Assembly: GCA_964567555.1 (NCBI GenBank)
Contig: CAZMNA010000001.1
Coordinates: 24,911 to 88,910 of the forward strand
Source: an uncultured Candidatus Saccharibacteria bacterium
GTDB lineage: Bacteria; Patescibacteriota; Saccharimonadia; Saccharimonadales; UBA10212
Direction: 5' to 3'
Length of the DNA stretch: 64,000 bases
A program made the translations under genes and the position numbers. Below, one piece after another: positions 8,253 through 17,853 of this stretch (its first letter is position 1; every line of letters begins with the position of its first letter). Below the pieces are notes generated by a model. It had not been told where the DNA came from, made no database searches, and was given only the letters and a program-made list of their open reading frames with translations.

Positions 8253-10535
8253 CTACTCAATTTTGGTGAGCGGTGCAAAAGCGATGTTTAATTTTTTTGT
8301 ACCCTTGCCTTTGAAAAAGATAGTGGCTGTATCGCCCTCTAGTTCAAGTACGGTACCGGGGCCAAAGATATCGTGCTGGACACCGTCGCCTTCTGCTAGC
8401 TCTGGTATGTAGCGCGGCTCGTCCGGAGCGCCTAATCCCAGAGCCGGCCTTTCCTCTGTTCTTGCGGCCTGGCCATCAATATCTATTAAAAACCGGCTGG
8501 GCGGATTGGCGCTGCGGCTACCAAACAGCGCCCGCTGGATGGCGTAGGCCAAGAAAAGTTCTTCGCGGGCGCGCGTCATACCCACATACATCAACCGGCG
8601 TTCTTCCTCTAGCTCTGTCGCGTCATAAAGCGCCCGGCTGTGCGGCAAGACTGATTCTTCTAGGCCGGTTATAAAGACGACTGGAAACTCCAGGCCTTTG
8701 GCGGAGTGCAGAGTCATTAGCGTCACAGCGTCGGCACCGGTTTGGGTTTGCTCAACTTGGCTAACCAGCGCTACCTCTTCCAAGAAATCACTTAGCCCAC
8801 TTTCAGAAAATTGGCTCGCAACACTTAAAAGTTCGCGTACATTCTCTGCGCGAGCCTCGCCCTGCGGAGTACCATCGGTTAGGTAGTTTAAATAATCCAG
8901 GCGCTTGAGTAACTTATCAATCAGCTCAGCGGCGTTTAGGTCGTCTGCCTGCCCACGGAAACTTACTAAAATATCGTTCAAGCCCACTAAGCCGGCACGG
9001 GCTTTGGGCGTCAAACCTTCACAGTCGCTGACCTTGGACAAAGCTTCACTCAGCGTCAGATGCGTTTCCGCCCGCCAACGCCCAAATGTCTCCAGCGATT
9101 TTGCACCCACGCTGCGAGCTGGCACATTAACGATGCGCTCAAAACTGGCACTGTCATCGGGCTGATAAATAAGCCGTAAGTAAGCTACGATGTCCTTAAT
9201 TTCTTTGCGGTCATAAAAACGCACGCCGCCAACAATCCGGTAGGGAATAGAATGGTGTAAAAAGACTTCTTCAATCGCGCGGCTTTGAGCGTTGGTCCTA
9301 TAAAGCACCGCAAAATCCTGCCAGGCTCGGGCATGCATGTCTACCTGGGTTTTTATACGTCTAGCAATCAGCTCCGCCTCGTGGCGCTCATTGCCGGCTT
9401 CTAAGATTTGTACGGGGTTGCCCTCACCAGCCTGGGTCCAAAGTTTTTTGTCGCTGCGTTTAGAGTTGTGGGCAATCACTTTATGGGCTGCGTCCAAAAT
9501 ATTTTTGGTGGAGCGGTAGTTTTGCTCCAGCTTAATTACCACGCAGTTTTTATAATCTTTTTCAAAGTTTAGGATGTTGCGGAAATCCGCGCCGCGCCAA
9601 GAATAAATACTTTGCCAGTCATCCCCAACCACAGCCAAGTTTTTATGTGGCCCGACTAAAAGTTTGATGAGCTTGTACTGGGCTGAGTTGGTGTCCTGGT
9701 ATTCATCAATCATCACGTAGCGGAATTGGTCTTGCCACTTTTTGCGTATGGCCGGTTGGGCCTCCAGCATGCTCACTGTGCGGCCAATCAAATCATCAAA
9801 ATCAAGCGCCGCGCTGTCATGCAGTAACCGCTCGTATGCCGGGTAGGTTTTGGCGGCAGCAATAGCCGCCGGCGTATTACCGGCATGGGCGGCAAACTCG
9901 GCCGGACCAACCATCTCGTTTTTGGCGCTGGAAATTAGCGATGTGAGCAGGCGCGGCGGAAACTTTTTCTCATCAATCACCAGGCCGCCGCTGACTTGTT
10001 TGACGGCGGCTTGCCGGTCAGCCTCGTCCCAAATCACAAAATTGCGCGGTATGCCTACCTGCTCCCCGTCTTGGCGAAGAATGCGTACGCAGATGCCGTG
10101 GAAGGTACCAAGGAATGGCATCCAAAGACCACGCACCGCCTTGCCCTGCCTGCCTGCAGAGCCGGCATCACTGGCAAGAGCTTTATGGCGCATTGCTGCG
10201 TCAGCTGGCGTCAGTCGCTCGCTCGAAGTAGTATCTCTACGTTTCGCTCGCTCCACACCTCTGCTTCCTTGCACTGCATCCAAATGAGAGTCTTTGGCTA
10301 TGCTAAGCAAATCTTCAAGACGCTCACGCATCTCATTGGCAGCTTTGTTAGTAAAAGTCACCGCCAAGATGTTAAGCGGTGTGGCTTTGCGGGTCTGCAG
10401 AATATAAGCAATGCGGTGGGTTAAGGTTTTGGTTTTGCCGCTGCCGGCGCCGGCCAATATTAAAAGCGGCCCTTCGGTGGTTTTGACCGCCCTGGCCTGC
10501 TCTGAATTTAACTCCTCAAAAAGATCGCTTGGCAC
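8253..10535 (-). CDS. pcrA: UvrD/PcrA-type ATP-dependent DNA helicase
   Basis: Walker A AGAGSGKT, TFTNKAANEM, VDEYQDTN-like IDEYQDTN, QNYRS, and C-terminal Tudor-like tail. Confidence 0.9.
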   Translation of the reverse strand: MPSDLFEELNSEQARAVKTTEGPLLILAGAGSGKTKTLTHRIAYILQTRKATPLNILAVTFTNKAANEMRERLEDLLSIAKDSHLDAVQGSRGVERAKRRDTTSSERLTPADAAMRHKALASDAGSAGRQGKAVRGLWMPFLGTFHGICVRILRQDGEQVGIPRNFVIWDEADRQAAVKQVSGGLVIDEKKFPPRLLTSLISSAKNEMVGPAEFAAHAGNTPAAIAAAKTYPAYERLLHDSAALDFDDLIGRTVSMLEAQPAIRKKWQDQFRYVMIDEYQDTNSAQYKLIKLLVGPHKNLAVVGDDWQSIYSWRGADFRNILNFEKDYKNCVVIKLEQNYRSTKNILDAAHKVIAHNSKRSDKKLWTQAGEGNPVQILEAGNERHEAELIARRIKTQVDMHARAWQDFAVLYRTNAQSRAIEEVFLHHSIPYRIVGGVRFYDRKEIKDIVAYLRLIYQPDDSASFERIVNVPARSVGAKSLETFGRWRAETHLTLSEALSKVSDCEGLTPKARAGLVGLNDILVSFRGQADDLNAAELIDKLLKRLDYLNYLTDGTPQGEARAENVRELLSVASQFSESGLSDFLEEVALVSQVEQTQTGADAVTLMTLHSAKGLEFPVVFITGLEESVLPHSRALYDATELEEERRLMYVGMTRAREELFLAYAIQRALFGSRSANPPSRFLIDIDGQAARTEERPALGLGAPDEPRYIPELAEGDGVQHDIFGPGTVLELEGDTATIFFKGKGTKKLNIAFAPLTKIE

Positions 10536-10555
10536 TAACTAATTTTAGCAGTTAG

Positions 10556-11569
10556 CTAATTAAATGATTGCAGCACGAGTACAGTGTCTTTATACAAGTC
10601 AGTACCGGTATACGCACTCATATTTAAGATTGACGGATAGCCGTTACCAGTTGAATCATCAGTAGAATCGACAGTAATTTGATAGGTTTTGCCGTTAACT
10701 ACTACGAACCCTTGCTCACTCATCGCACCATTACTACCGTCATACACCTGGTTCGTTACAAGCCCTTGAGTAGGAAGCTTATTGGGAATATTTTTAATGA
10801 CGTTGAGCTGGCTAAGAAATGTTAAGTATTTACCCTTAAATAGTCCAGACGAAACTTGTCCGCTTGTCTTGAGATAGTTGTACGGTGTTGGTTGGTTATA
10901 CCCGATGCCACCACTGTAAGACAGATACTGTGAGGTGGATATACTAAACTCCTTAATGGTAACTGTATAGCTGTTTGTTTTGCTGTAGCTGGCTGGTGGG
11001 TTCACGAAAGCCCCTATGTTAGTAGGAACAGTGTTTGGATTTATGTAAACGGCTGTGCCCCAAACTGCGTTATCTTGTCCAAAGTTACCTGCCTTAGCAT
11101 TCCAGTCGGCAGGATACTTGAAATTAAAACTAGTGCCGGTATACGTTTTCCAGCCGGCGTAGGGGTCGGTTGTGATCGGAGTAGTTGTGGTGGCGGTTTT
11201 GGCAGGTGTGATTGCTGGAGCGGTTGCCGTGACTGGTGCTTGGAAGAAATGAAATGGCAAGTGCGAATAGCCTTTTACCAAGCCGGAGTCCACTGCCAGA
11301 TAAAGTAAAATACCAGCAAGTAGCAGGGCTAAGACTGGCCAAAGGGTTTTTCTTAGCAAGCTTTTCTTTTTTGGAGTTGGGTCTTTGGTCCCGGAAAAAA
11401 GTGGATGTTCATCAACTTTTGGCTGGAGCTCGCCAAACTTCGGAATGTTTTCTGGATCAACATCTGCTGGTGGCATAGGCTGCGGGGGAGGCATTGGATC
11501 AGCTGACGGCTGTATAGTGTGGCCTGGCATTACATCATTAATTTTTTGTGGTTCTTGACCTTCCGGCAT
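10556..11569 (-). CDS. hypothetical membrane-anchored protein (Pro-rich N-terminus, one TM, extracytoplasmic domain)
   Basis: Long ORF with TM LWPVLALLLAGILLYLAV. Its start abuts the tpiA stop. Confidence 0.6.
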   Translation of the reverse strand: MPEGQEPQKINDVMPGHTIQPSADPMPPPQPMPPADVDPENIPKFGELQPKVDEHPLFSGTKDPTPKKKSLLRKTLWPVLALLLAGILLYLAVDSGLVKGYSHLPFHFFQAPVTATAPAITPAKTATTTTPITTDPYAGWKTYTGTSFNFKYPADWNAKAGNFGQDNAVWGTAVYINPNTVPTNIGAFVNPPASYSKTNSYTVTIKEFSISTSQYLSYSGGIGYNQPTPYNYLKTSGQVSSGLFKGKYLTFLSQLNVIKNIPNKLPTQGLVTNQVYDGSNGAMSEQGFVVVNGKTYQITVDSTDDSTGNGYPSILNMSAYTGTDLYKDTVLVLQSFN

Positions 11570-12354
11570 TAGTTCTCTCCTTTATCCCTCTGCCAACGGC
11601 GGACGCCGTCAATTATTTGCGAAAATTCATGGTAGTTTAAACTTTCATGTCCGACCAAAAAGCCGTCCACACCCGGCACATCCAAATAGCCGCCGATGGA
11701 TTCTGCTACTACCCCGCCGCCATAAAGCACGCGCACTCCCTTACCAGCTTTGGGGCCAAACACGTCGCTTATGTAACCGCGGATGTAGGCAATGGCGTCC
11801 TCAACTTGCTTGGGCTTAGTAACATTTTCTTTGCCGATAGCCCAAACCGGCTCGTAGGCAATAACCATCTTGCGGACTTCCGGCGCAGTCAGGTTAGAAG
11901 TAGCGCTCATTAGTTGGTCGTGCAAAACCTGCTTTGTTTCATGATCATCGTGTTCAGTCTTTGTCTCTCCAATGCACAAAATCGGCATGATTTCATTACG
12001 CACGGCGGCCGCAACTTTATCACGGATCATAGATAGACTTTCGTCAAAGATATGTCGGCGCTCGGAATGGCCAATGATAACGTAGTGGACTAAATCGCGC
12101 AGCATGGTAAAGCTGACTTCGCCTGTGTAGGCGCCTTCGTCTTTAAAATACGCGTTCTGGGCAGCTAAGCGGAACTTCCGGCGGTCCAGCTGGATAGACA
12201 ATGGTTGGAGCGTCAGCATGGGCGGCGCCAGCACCACTTCAACGTCGCGCAAAATGGGGATACGCTCTTGCAAACGGTGCAAAAGCAAACTAGCCTGCGA
12301 CGCGTTCAGGTGCATTTTCCAATTTCCGACGATTAATATTCTTCTCATGCCCAC
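11569..12354 (-). CDS. tpiA: triosephosphate isomerase
   Basis: GNWKMH, IIGHSERR, YEPVWAIG motifs. Confidence 0.9.
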   Translation of the reverse strand: MGMRRILIVGNWKMHLNASQASLLLHRLQERIPILRDVEVVLAPPMLTLQPLSIQLDRRKFRLAAQNAYFKDEGAYTGEVSFTMLRDLVHYVIIGHSERRHIFDESLSMIRDKVAAAVRNEIMPILCIGETKTEHDDHETKQVLHDQLMSATSNLTAPEVRKMVIAYEPVWAIGKENVTKPKQVEDAIAYIRGYISDVFGPKAGKGVRVLYGGGVVAESIGGYLDVPGVDGFLVGHESLNYHEFSQIIDGVRRWQRDKGEN

Positions 12355-12375
12355 TTTTTGCTTAAGCTAATTGTA

Positions 12376-13686
12376 CTATTTATCATTCAATGCTTCCAAG
12401 CCAGGCAACTTGCGGCCGGCCATTAACTCCAGGCTAGCACTACCCCCGGTTGAAACAAAGCTAAAATCACGGGTCCAATTTTTTGACTCTATATAGCTAA
12501 CCGTATCGCCGCCGCCTACTACACTGAAGGCTTTATTAGCATGAGTGTTTGAGGCGCCAATTATTGCCTCTGCCACTAGCCGGCTACCGTGGCCAAACGG
12601 ATCATGCGCACCGGCAATGCCTTTAATCTCTGTCATGCCCAGTGTACCGGACCAAATTACAGTCCGCGATAGATCCACGGCGCCAGTAATGCGGGCAGCG
12701 CTAATCGGCCCAATATCCAAAATCATTTCGTCTGCGCCAATGTTATAGGCTTTAGCCTTTGGTTTTTTAGGGTAAGCCTCAATATCGGCCAGACTGTCAC
12801 TGCCAAAATCTACAACTCGCGTAGCGGCGCGGCCATCGGCTGATGTAGACACTACCCCATCTACTGGAATTATAAATTTAAAGTTTCGCTCTCTTTCGGC
12901 TTTACGGGCTTTGGTTAAAATTCGGCGGGCCAAGTCAAAGTCTTGGCTATCCACAAGGCTCTTACCGACCTTTACTCCTTCGGCATGTAGAAAATCATTA
13001 GCCAGCGCACCACCCACAGCCACACAGTCAGCTTCTTCAATAAACCTATTCAGCACGCCGATTTTATCGGCAATCTTGGCGCCGCCAACGATTGCTGTCA
13101 TTGGTCGCTCTGGCTTTTGAATGGCTTGTTCAATTGCGCTCACTTCTTTTTCCAGCAACAGCCCGGCAACCGAAGGCAGCAATTTGGTAATAGCGTGAGT
13201 GCTGGCATGTTTGCGGTGCACCACGCCAAAGCCGTCCTGCACAAAGATATCGGCTTTGGTAGCCTGGATTAGCGCATTGGCAAAATCGTCAGAGTCTGCC
13301 TCCTCGCCCGGGTTAAAACGCAGATTTTCTAAAAGAAGCACCCCGCCCTTCGGCAACTGTTCGGCCGCTGATCGGGCAGTTGGCCCAACTGTATCGTTGA
13401 CAAAAAAGACCCTGTGGCCCAGCAGTTTTTCCAACCGCTTAGCTACCGGTGCCAGCGAACAAGCCCTGTCATCCGGGCCGGTTGGGCGGCCCAAATGGGC
13501 GATGATAATTAGCGCCCTGGGCTTTTGTTCAAGAATGTATTGGATGGTTGGCAGCGACGTCTGCAGACGGTAATCATCACCTATGCGGCCGCCGCTTATC
13601 GGTACGTTATAATCCGCCCTCAGCAGAACACGCTTGTTCTTTAAATCTATGTCCTTGACTGTTTTTTTATCAAATTTCCCCACCAC
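12376..13686 (-). CDS. pgk: phosphoglycerate kinase
   Basis: RADYNVP, HLGRP, STGGGASLE-like VSTGGSASLE motifs. Confidence 0.9.
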   Translation of the reverse strand: MVGKFDKKTVKDIDLKNKRVLLRADYNVPISGGRIGDDYRLQTSLPTIQYILEQKPRALIIIAHLGRPTGPDDRACSLAPVAKRLEKLLGHRVFFVNDTVGPTARSAAEQLPKGGVLLLENLRFNPGEEADSDDFANALIQATKADIFVQDGFGVVHRKHASTHAITKLLPSVAGLLLEKEVSAIEQAIQKPERPMTAIVGGAKIADKIGVLNRFIEEADCVAVGGALANDFLHAEGVKVGKSLVDSQDFDLARRILTKARKAERERNFKFIIPVDGVVSTSADGRAATRVVDFGSDSLADIEAYPKKPKAKAYNIGADEMILDIGPISAARITGAVDLSRTVIWSGTLGMTEIKGIAGAHDPFGHGSRLVAEAIIGASNTHANKAFSVVGGGDTVSYIESKNWTRDFSFVSTGGSASLELMAGRKLPGLEALNDK

Positions 13687-13819
13687 ATATATCCTTGATT
13701 TCAGTATAAAGGATTAGACCGTAAAATGGTGAGCTCCGTTTCCAATAGGTGGAACTCGCTCTACCCTAGTTTACTATTGATGCACGAAAAATTAGAGAGT
13801 CTAGGCCTAGTTTACGCTA

Positions 13820-14332
13820 ATGGCGAGATTACTTACCTGGAGCCGGAGGATAGCAATGTTTAGCCTGCGCAGGGTCTCCCCCGAGGGCCTATTAACCTCC
13901 CAACTGTTCGATGAGAGAACATTCTACAGTAGCTTTATTCATGACCTTAAAAGAGCTAAGAATGAGGTTATTATCGAGAGTCCCTACATGACTACCAGCA
14001 GATTGGCTTGTTTGGAGCCAATCCTGATAAGGCTCATCAGAAAAGGCGTCAAAGTTAGAGTAGATACTCGCTTTCCCGGCCACCACGATGAATTATTAAG
14101 GATTCAGGCCTGGATAGTAACTAAACGCCTTAAGCAAATAGGCGTTAAGGTTCGGTTCTTTAATGATTACCAGCATCGCAAAATAGCCGTGCTGGATGAA
14201 CGTATTCTTTGGGAAGGCAGTCTCAATATCCTGTCGCAAAGCAATAGCCGCGAAGTTATGCGGCGGATTGAGTCCGAGGAGCTAACCAAGCAGATGATTA
14301 GATTTCTGGGATTAAAGAGGTTCTATTGGTAA
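13820..14332 (+). CDS. PLD-superfamily (HKD) Nuc-like nuclease/phosphodiesterase
   Basis: Single HKD motif HRKIAVLDERILWEGSLN (HxKxxxxD x6 GSxN) in a ~150-170 aa protein. Confidence 0.7.
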   Translation: MARLLTWSRRIAMFSLRRVSPEGLLTSQLFDERTFYSSFIHDLKRAKNEVIIESPYMTTSRLACLEPILIRLIRKGVKVRVDTRFPGHHDELLRIQAWIVTKRLKQIGVKVRFFNDYQHRKIAVLDERILWEGSLNILSQSNSREVMRRIESEELTKQMIRFLGLKRFYW

Positions 14333-14333
14333 A

Positions 14334-14552
14334 ATGCTAGACAAGATGACTAAAGAATACGAACCTAGCGAGAAAGATATTAATACTGTAATAAGTATTT
14401 TAAAACGTACTGACCCCAAGCACGCTACACCCGAATGGGCGAACCTCATCTTAGATCATATACATGCAGCGCTGGATGATATGTCATTTAGTAATCCAGA
14501 AAAGCTAGAGGGCATTATTCAAGATATCGAAAAGAAACGGCTGAGTTCTTAG
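14334..14552 (+). CDS. hypothetical small protein
   Basis: ORF begins 2 nt after the PLD stop. No motif recognised. Confidence 0.4.
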   Translation: MLDKMTKEYEPSEKDINTVISILKRTDPKHATPEWANLILDHIHAALDDMSFSNPEKLEGIIQDIEKKRLSS

Positions 14553-14761
14553 TCCGGAAGGATGTCGCGCCAGCGGATTCCTAGAGCTTTGACTAGTTTT
14601 TCCAGCGTTTCAATGGATGATTTCAGTTCCCCGCGCTCAATTTTGGCGTAGTAATTAGTGTTAATTCCGGCTTTTTCGGCTAATTCAGCTTGAGTTAGAC
14701 CTTTTTGAAGCCTAATTTTCTTTAGGGTTTGAGCTATCTGATTGTTGGTCTTATCTGTCAT
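14549..14761 (-). CDS. XRE-family HTH transcriptional regulator
   Basis: IRLQKGLTQAELAEKAGINTNYYAKIERGE is a classic Cro/C1 HTH. Confidence 0.8.
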   Translation of the reverse strand: MTDKTNNQIAQTLKKIRLQKGLTQAELAEKAGINTNYYAKIERGELKSSIETLEKLVKALGIRWRDILPD

Positions 14762-14928
14762 AAGGCGATTATATCACCTCATTTGTATCTGTTGAAGGAA
14801 AGGATCAGCCGAGGAGGACACTACCGGCCCTCATGAATTACAGTTCAGCTGACCTTTTCCCAAAAAATAATTTCGAAGAACAAATAGAAAAGAATAAAAA
14901 AAGAAAAACAATTAACAAATAACAAAAA

Positions 14929-15933
14929 TTAGCTCACTGCGAGGCGCGGCCGCCCGTTGCCGAGCTGGTAATCGGCGCGATTCAAGTAGGACCTGACCCG
15001 GTCACCGAGCCAGCCGCCGTTCGGGACGTACGGACCGCCGTTAACATCCAGTCTGTTGGCTAAGAACCAGGAGTAATCCTTGCTGGATAATTGTCGAGGG
15101 TCTTCTTGAAGCGTTAAAGCGATCCATTCAAACACTCCCATGGCATCAACTTTTTGTCCGGTAATTTCTAGGTGATTATCACCATTGACTGTGAGCTGAT
15201 TTGGGCTTTGGCCTTTGAGTCTAAGAATGCCAGCCTGTGGACTTGCCTGGGCTAGGATAACACCCCAAGGCCCGTCCCTGGCTATTTTTTGAGACAAATA
15301 CTCACTTGGCCTAAGCAGCTTGGAGGGGGTTTCCGAATCACGGTACATGGGCTGGTCTTCTCTGATTGCTTTGGCTAGATGGTCGTTGATGTAATCATCC
15401 TTCGAGGCTACTTGCTGTGCTCCACGCAGGCGATTTATCCAATTTGGAAAGTCAGCTAACTCATCGTAGATTGCTTGCCAGGGTATTAGTACTAACTTCA
15501 TACTATCGCCCACCTTTTCGCCCGCTTGATCAATTTCACCGGGAGTTTTGAGTGCCTGTTTAGCATTGTATAGCCGCTCCAGGGTTGGGTAGAAGTTGGG
15601 GTTAGAAGAAACTAGTTCGGCGAAAACGCTATGGGGCTTGGGGGGACCCTCGGGCTTGCCGATTGGATTGGAGTATTTTTGCCATGCAGTGCTGGCTTCG
15701 ACCAATGAAGGGCCGGCCCAAGCCTGCAATTCCTCGGGCTTAACATGTTCCGGTTGGGCGATGTTCGGCGCTTGTTGCTGTAGCTGTTCCTCGACGATCT
15801 CTTCTAAATCCTCTCGCCCAGCTTCGGTGATAGGCGCAGCGATACCCTCGGCTACATTTCTTTCATAAACCGCATCTAGCTCATCGTCTAGCCCGGGATA
15901 AATGTCTGGTGATGGATGTTGATTAGGCCCCAT
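14929..15933 (-). CDS. DGR variable protein 1 (paralog of 19716..20699; C-terminal VR)
   Basis: Shares PPDIYPGLDDELDAVYERNV, LIPWQ, DGPWGVILAQ, GVFEWIALTLQEDPRQLS and DYSW.LANRLDV blocks with the paralog. The last 105 nt before the stop match the TR except at adenines. No signal peptide or TM. Confidence 0.85.
   Translation of the reverse strand: MGPNQHPSPDIYPGLDDELDAVYERNVAEGIAAPITEAGREDLEEIVEEQLQQQAPNIAQPEHVKPEELQAWAGPSLVEASTAWQKYSNPIGKPEGPPKPHSVFAELVSSNPNFYPTLERLYNAKQALKTPGEIDQAGEKVGDSMKLVLIPWQAIYDELADFPNWINRLRGAQQVASKDDYINDHLAKAIREDQPMYRDSETPSKLLRPSEYLSQKIARDGPWGVILAQASPQAGILRLKGQSPNQLTVNGDNHLEITGQKVDAMGVFEWIALTLQEDPRQLSSKDYSWFLANRLDVNGGPYVPNGGWLGDRVRSYLNRADYQLGNGRPRLAVS
14935..15039 (-). 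repeat. DGR variable repeat VR1
   Basis: Hand alignment to the TR gives 17 differences. Sixteen are at TR adenines and one is T>G. The 3' cggccgcgcctcgcagtg is identical. Confidence 0.9.
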
Positions 15934-15941
15934 GATTTACC

Positions 15942-17705
15942 TTACGGATTAGGTTGGCTATCTTGTGTTGGTTTTAGGAATCCATTACCCTCGAGGATCA
16001 AACGGGTTTGACGTCTATCATTTTCACTCTTTATACCTTCTACAAACTGGCGTAGGACTTGGTCGAGGGATAGCTTGCCGTAAGAATCTCGGACTTTCTC
16101 TAAAATAGCCACCATGGTGCGAGGAGCCAGTACAGTTTCCTCCAGTCCCGGTTTTCTATCAACCATTTGTTCGGGCGAGACATACTCTGAGAAGCCATCT
16201 CCAAAGTTGCCGTTAAAGACTTGCTGGGAAATATGGGCAGCGCGGATGAAGCTCTCTAGTTCCTCTTCAGGAATCACCGGCATCACTTCGCCTGAGCTAT
16301 CCGATAAGGCCGCTCGGGCGATAATTTCGTTCTCAATTGGTTTGCCTCCGAAGGGCACATCGTTATCCGGATAGTGCACCCGAATAATGTTGGCCCCGAA
16401 ACGATTTTGGAACTCTACGCTAAGGTCTTCCACACCCTTATAGCGTTTTGACTTTTCGTTAGCCGTGGCAATAATTACGAAGCCGGGTTTAATGAGGACT
16501 TCATGGCCGGAATTTTCCTGGATGGTGAATTTGTCACCCGGACGCATCTGCAGGATTTTATTTAGGCGCTTTAAGAACTCTGGAGGCATAGCCGTAATCT
16601 CATCAAGGATAAGAGGTTTTCCGGATTCCATCGCTCTTACTAGCGGGCCGTATGCAAAACCAGTGACAGGAGTGCCGCCTTCGTTTTCCAAGGTAGTTTT
16701 GCCCACCATTTGGTAGCTATTAACATCCCCGTATCCAGCAATGAACTCAGGCTCTTTGCCAAAGTAGACTCGGGAAATGAATTCAGCTAAGGCTGTTTTT
16801 GCTCCACCCGTCTCTCCAACTAGTAGTGCCGGACGTCCTTGGACTAATGAGGGCAAAAGCTCGTCAATAATCTGGCGCATTTGATCGGTCAATACTATGC
16901 CGCGCTCATAGTCCCGGCGACGTTCACGGTTTATAAGCTTGTGTATGACCTCCCGAGCTCCAGCGTGAATTTCGGGAGTAGTGATGTATTTGCCACGATT
17001 GGCTCTGACTTCAGCTTGTTGGGCTTCAAGGCGCTCGATGTGTTTTTGTTCGGAAGTAGTTAGGGTACGGTTAGACTCACCGGCCGTTCGGTAGATTTTG
17101 GCAATATCGCGGGCCAGCTCATCCATTTTCTTGTCCCCACGGAAGAAATCGACACCGGCTTTAATAACTTCCAATTTTTCGGCTCGGGTGTCCTCGACCT
17201 CTCTTCGGAGTTGCTCGTCGCTCGCTAAAATTCGCAGCTTGTTATCTAGCTCTTGTAGACCCTCCAGATTGATTTGCATATGTTCCGGCCATTGGCCCGT
17301 AAAGGCTTGCCAGGCGGCTTGGTCTTTTTCGGAATCGCCCTTGGGCATATGGGCATGCCAATCCGGCCTAAGCATTTGGGCTAAGGTAGGCGCTGCAATG
17401 GTGGATGGATCAACTGGCTCGGCTCCCTGCTCGGCTCGTTTTTGATTTATTTGTTCGATATGAGCTTGGGACATTCTTTCCAGCTCGGCTGGAGTTAGCG
17501 ATGCTAGATAGTGCCTAAAGTCCAGGTTCAGCGCTCTATCCGTTTCCCTATAATCCCACTCTACTTCAAGATAAGCCTGAGGAGTTCTTTCCCACTCAGC
17601 TGCTTCCGCATTTTCGGGCTTAAAATCAGGGCCATCACGCGTTAAAACCTCCGGGTAATGACCGGCTTCGTCCTCAGGAATATTCTCAACAGAGTCTTCA
17701 GACAT
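15942..17705 (-). CDS. MoxR/AAA_5-type AAA+ ATPase with long coiled N-terminal extension
   Basis: Walker A LLVGETGGAKT, Walker B PLILDEIT, sensor-like VIIATANE. About 270-aa charged N-terminal region. Directly upstream of variable protein 1. Confidence 0.85.
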   Translation of the reverse strand: MSEDSVENIPEDEAGHYPEVLTRDGPDFKPENAEAAEWERTPQAYLEVEWDYRETDRALNLDFRHYLASLTPAELERMSQAHIEQINQKRAEQGAEPVDPSTIAAPTLAQMLRPDWHAHMPKGDSEKDQAAWQAFTGQWPEHMQINLEGLQELDNKLRILASDEQLRREVEDTRAEKLEVIKAGVDFFRGDKKMDELARDIAKIYRTAGESNRTLTTSEQKHIERLEAQQAEVRANRGKYITTPEIHAGAREVIHKLINRERRRDYERGIVLTDQMRQIIDELLPSLVQGRPALLVGETGGAKTALAEFISRVYFGKEPEFIAGYGDVNSYQMVGKTTLENEGGTPVTGFAYGPLVRAMESGKPLILDEITAMPPEFLKRLNKILQMRPGDKFTIQENSGHEVLIKPGFVIIATANEKSKRYKGVEDLSVEFQNRFGANIIRVHYPDNDVPFGGKPIENEIIARAALSDSSGEVMPVIPEEELESFIRAAHISQQVFNGNFGDGFSEYVSPEQMVDRKPGLEETVLAPRTMVAILEKVRDSYGKLSLDQVLRQFVEGIKSENDRRQTRLILEGNGFLKPTQDSQPNP

Positions 17706-17853
17706 ATTGACCTATGAAGCAATGCTTACTAACTTTTGATTGGTACATTTTACTTCTTTATTTTACTGCGATTGTCTTATATAATAGTACTACTGTAGTT
17801 AGCATAAAATCAATAGTAAAACAAACCTAAAAAATCATTCTGGAAGTGTTTTT

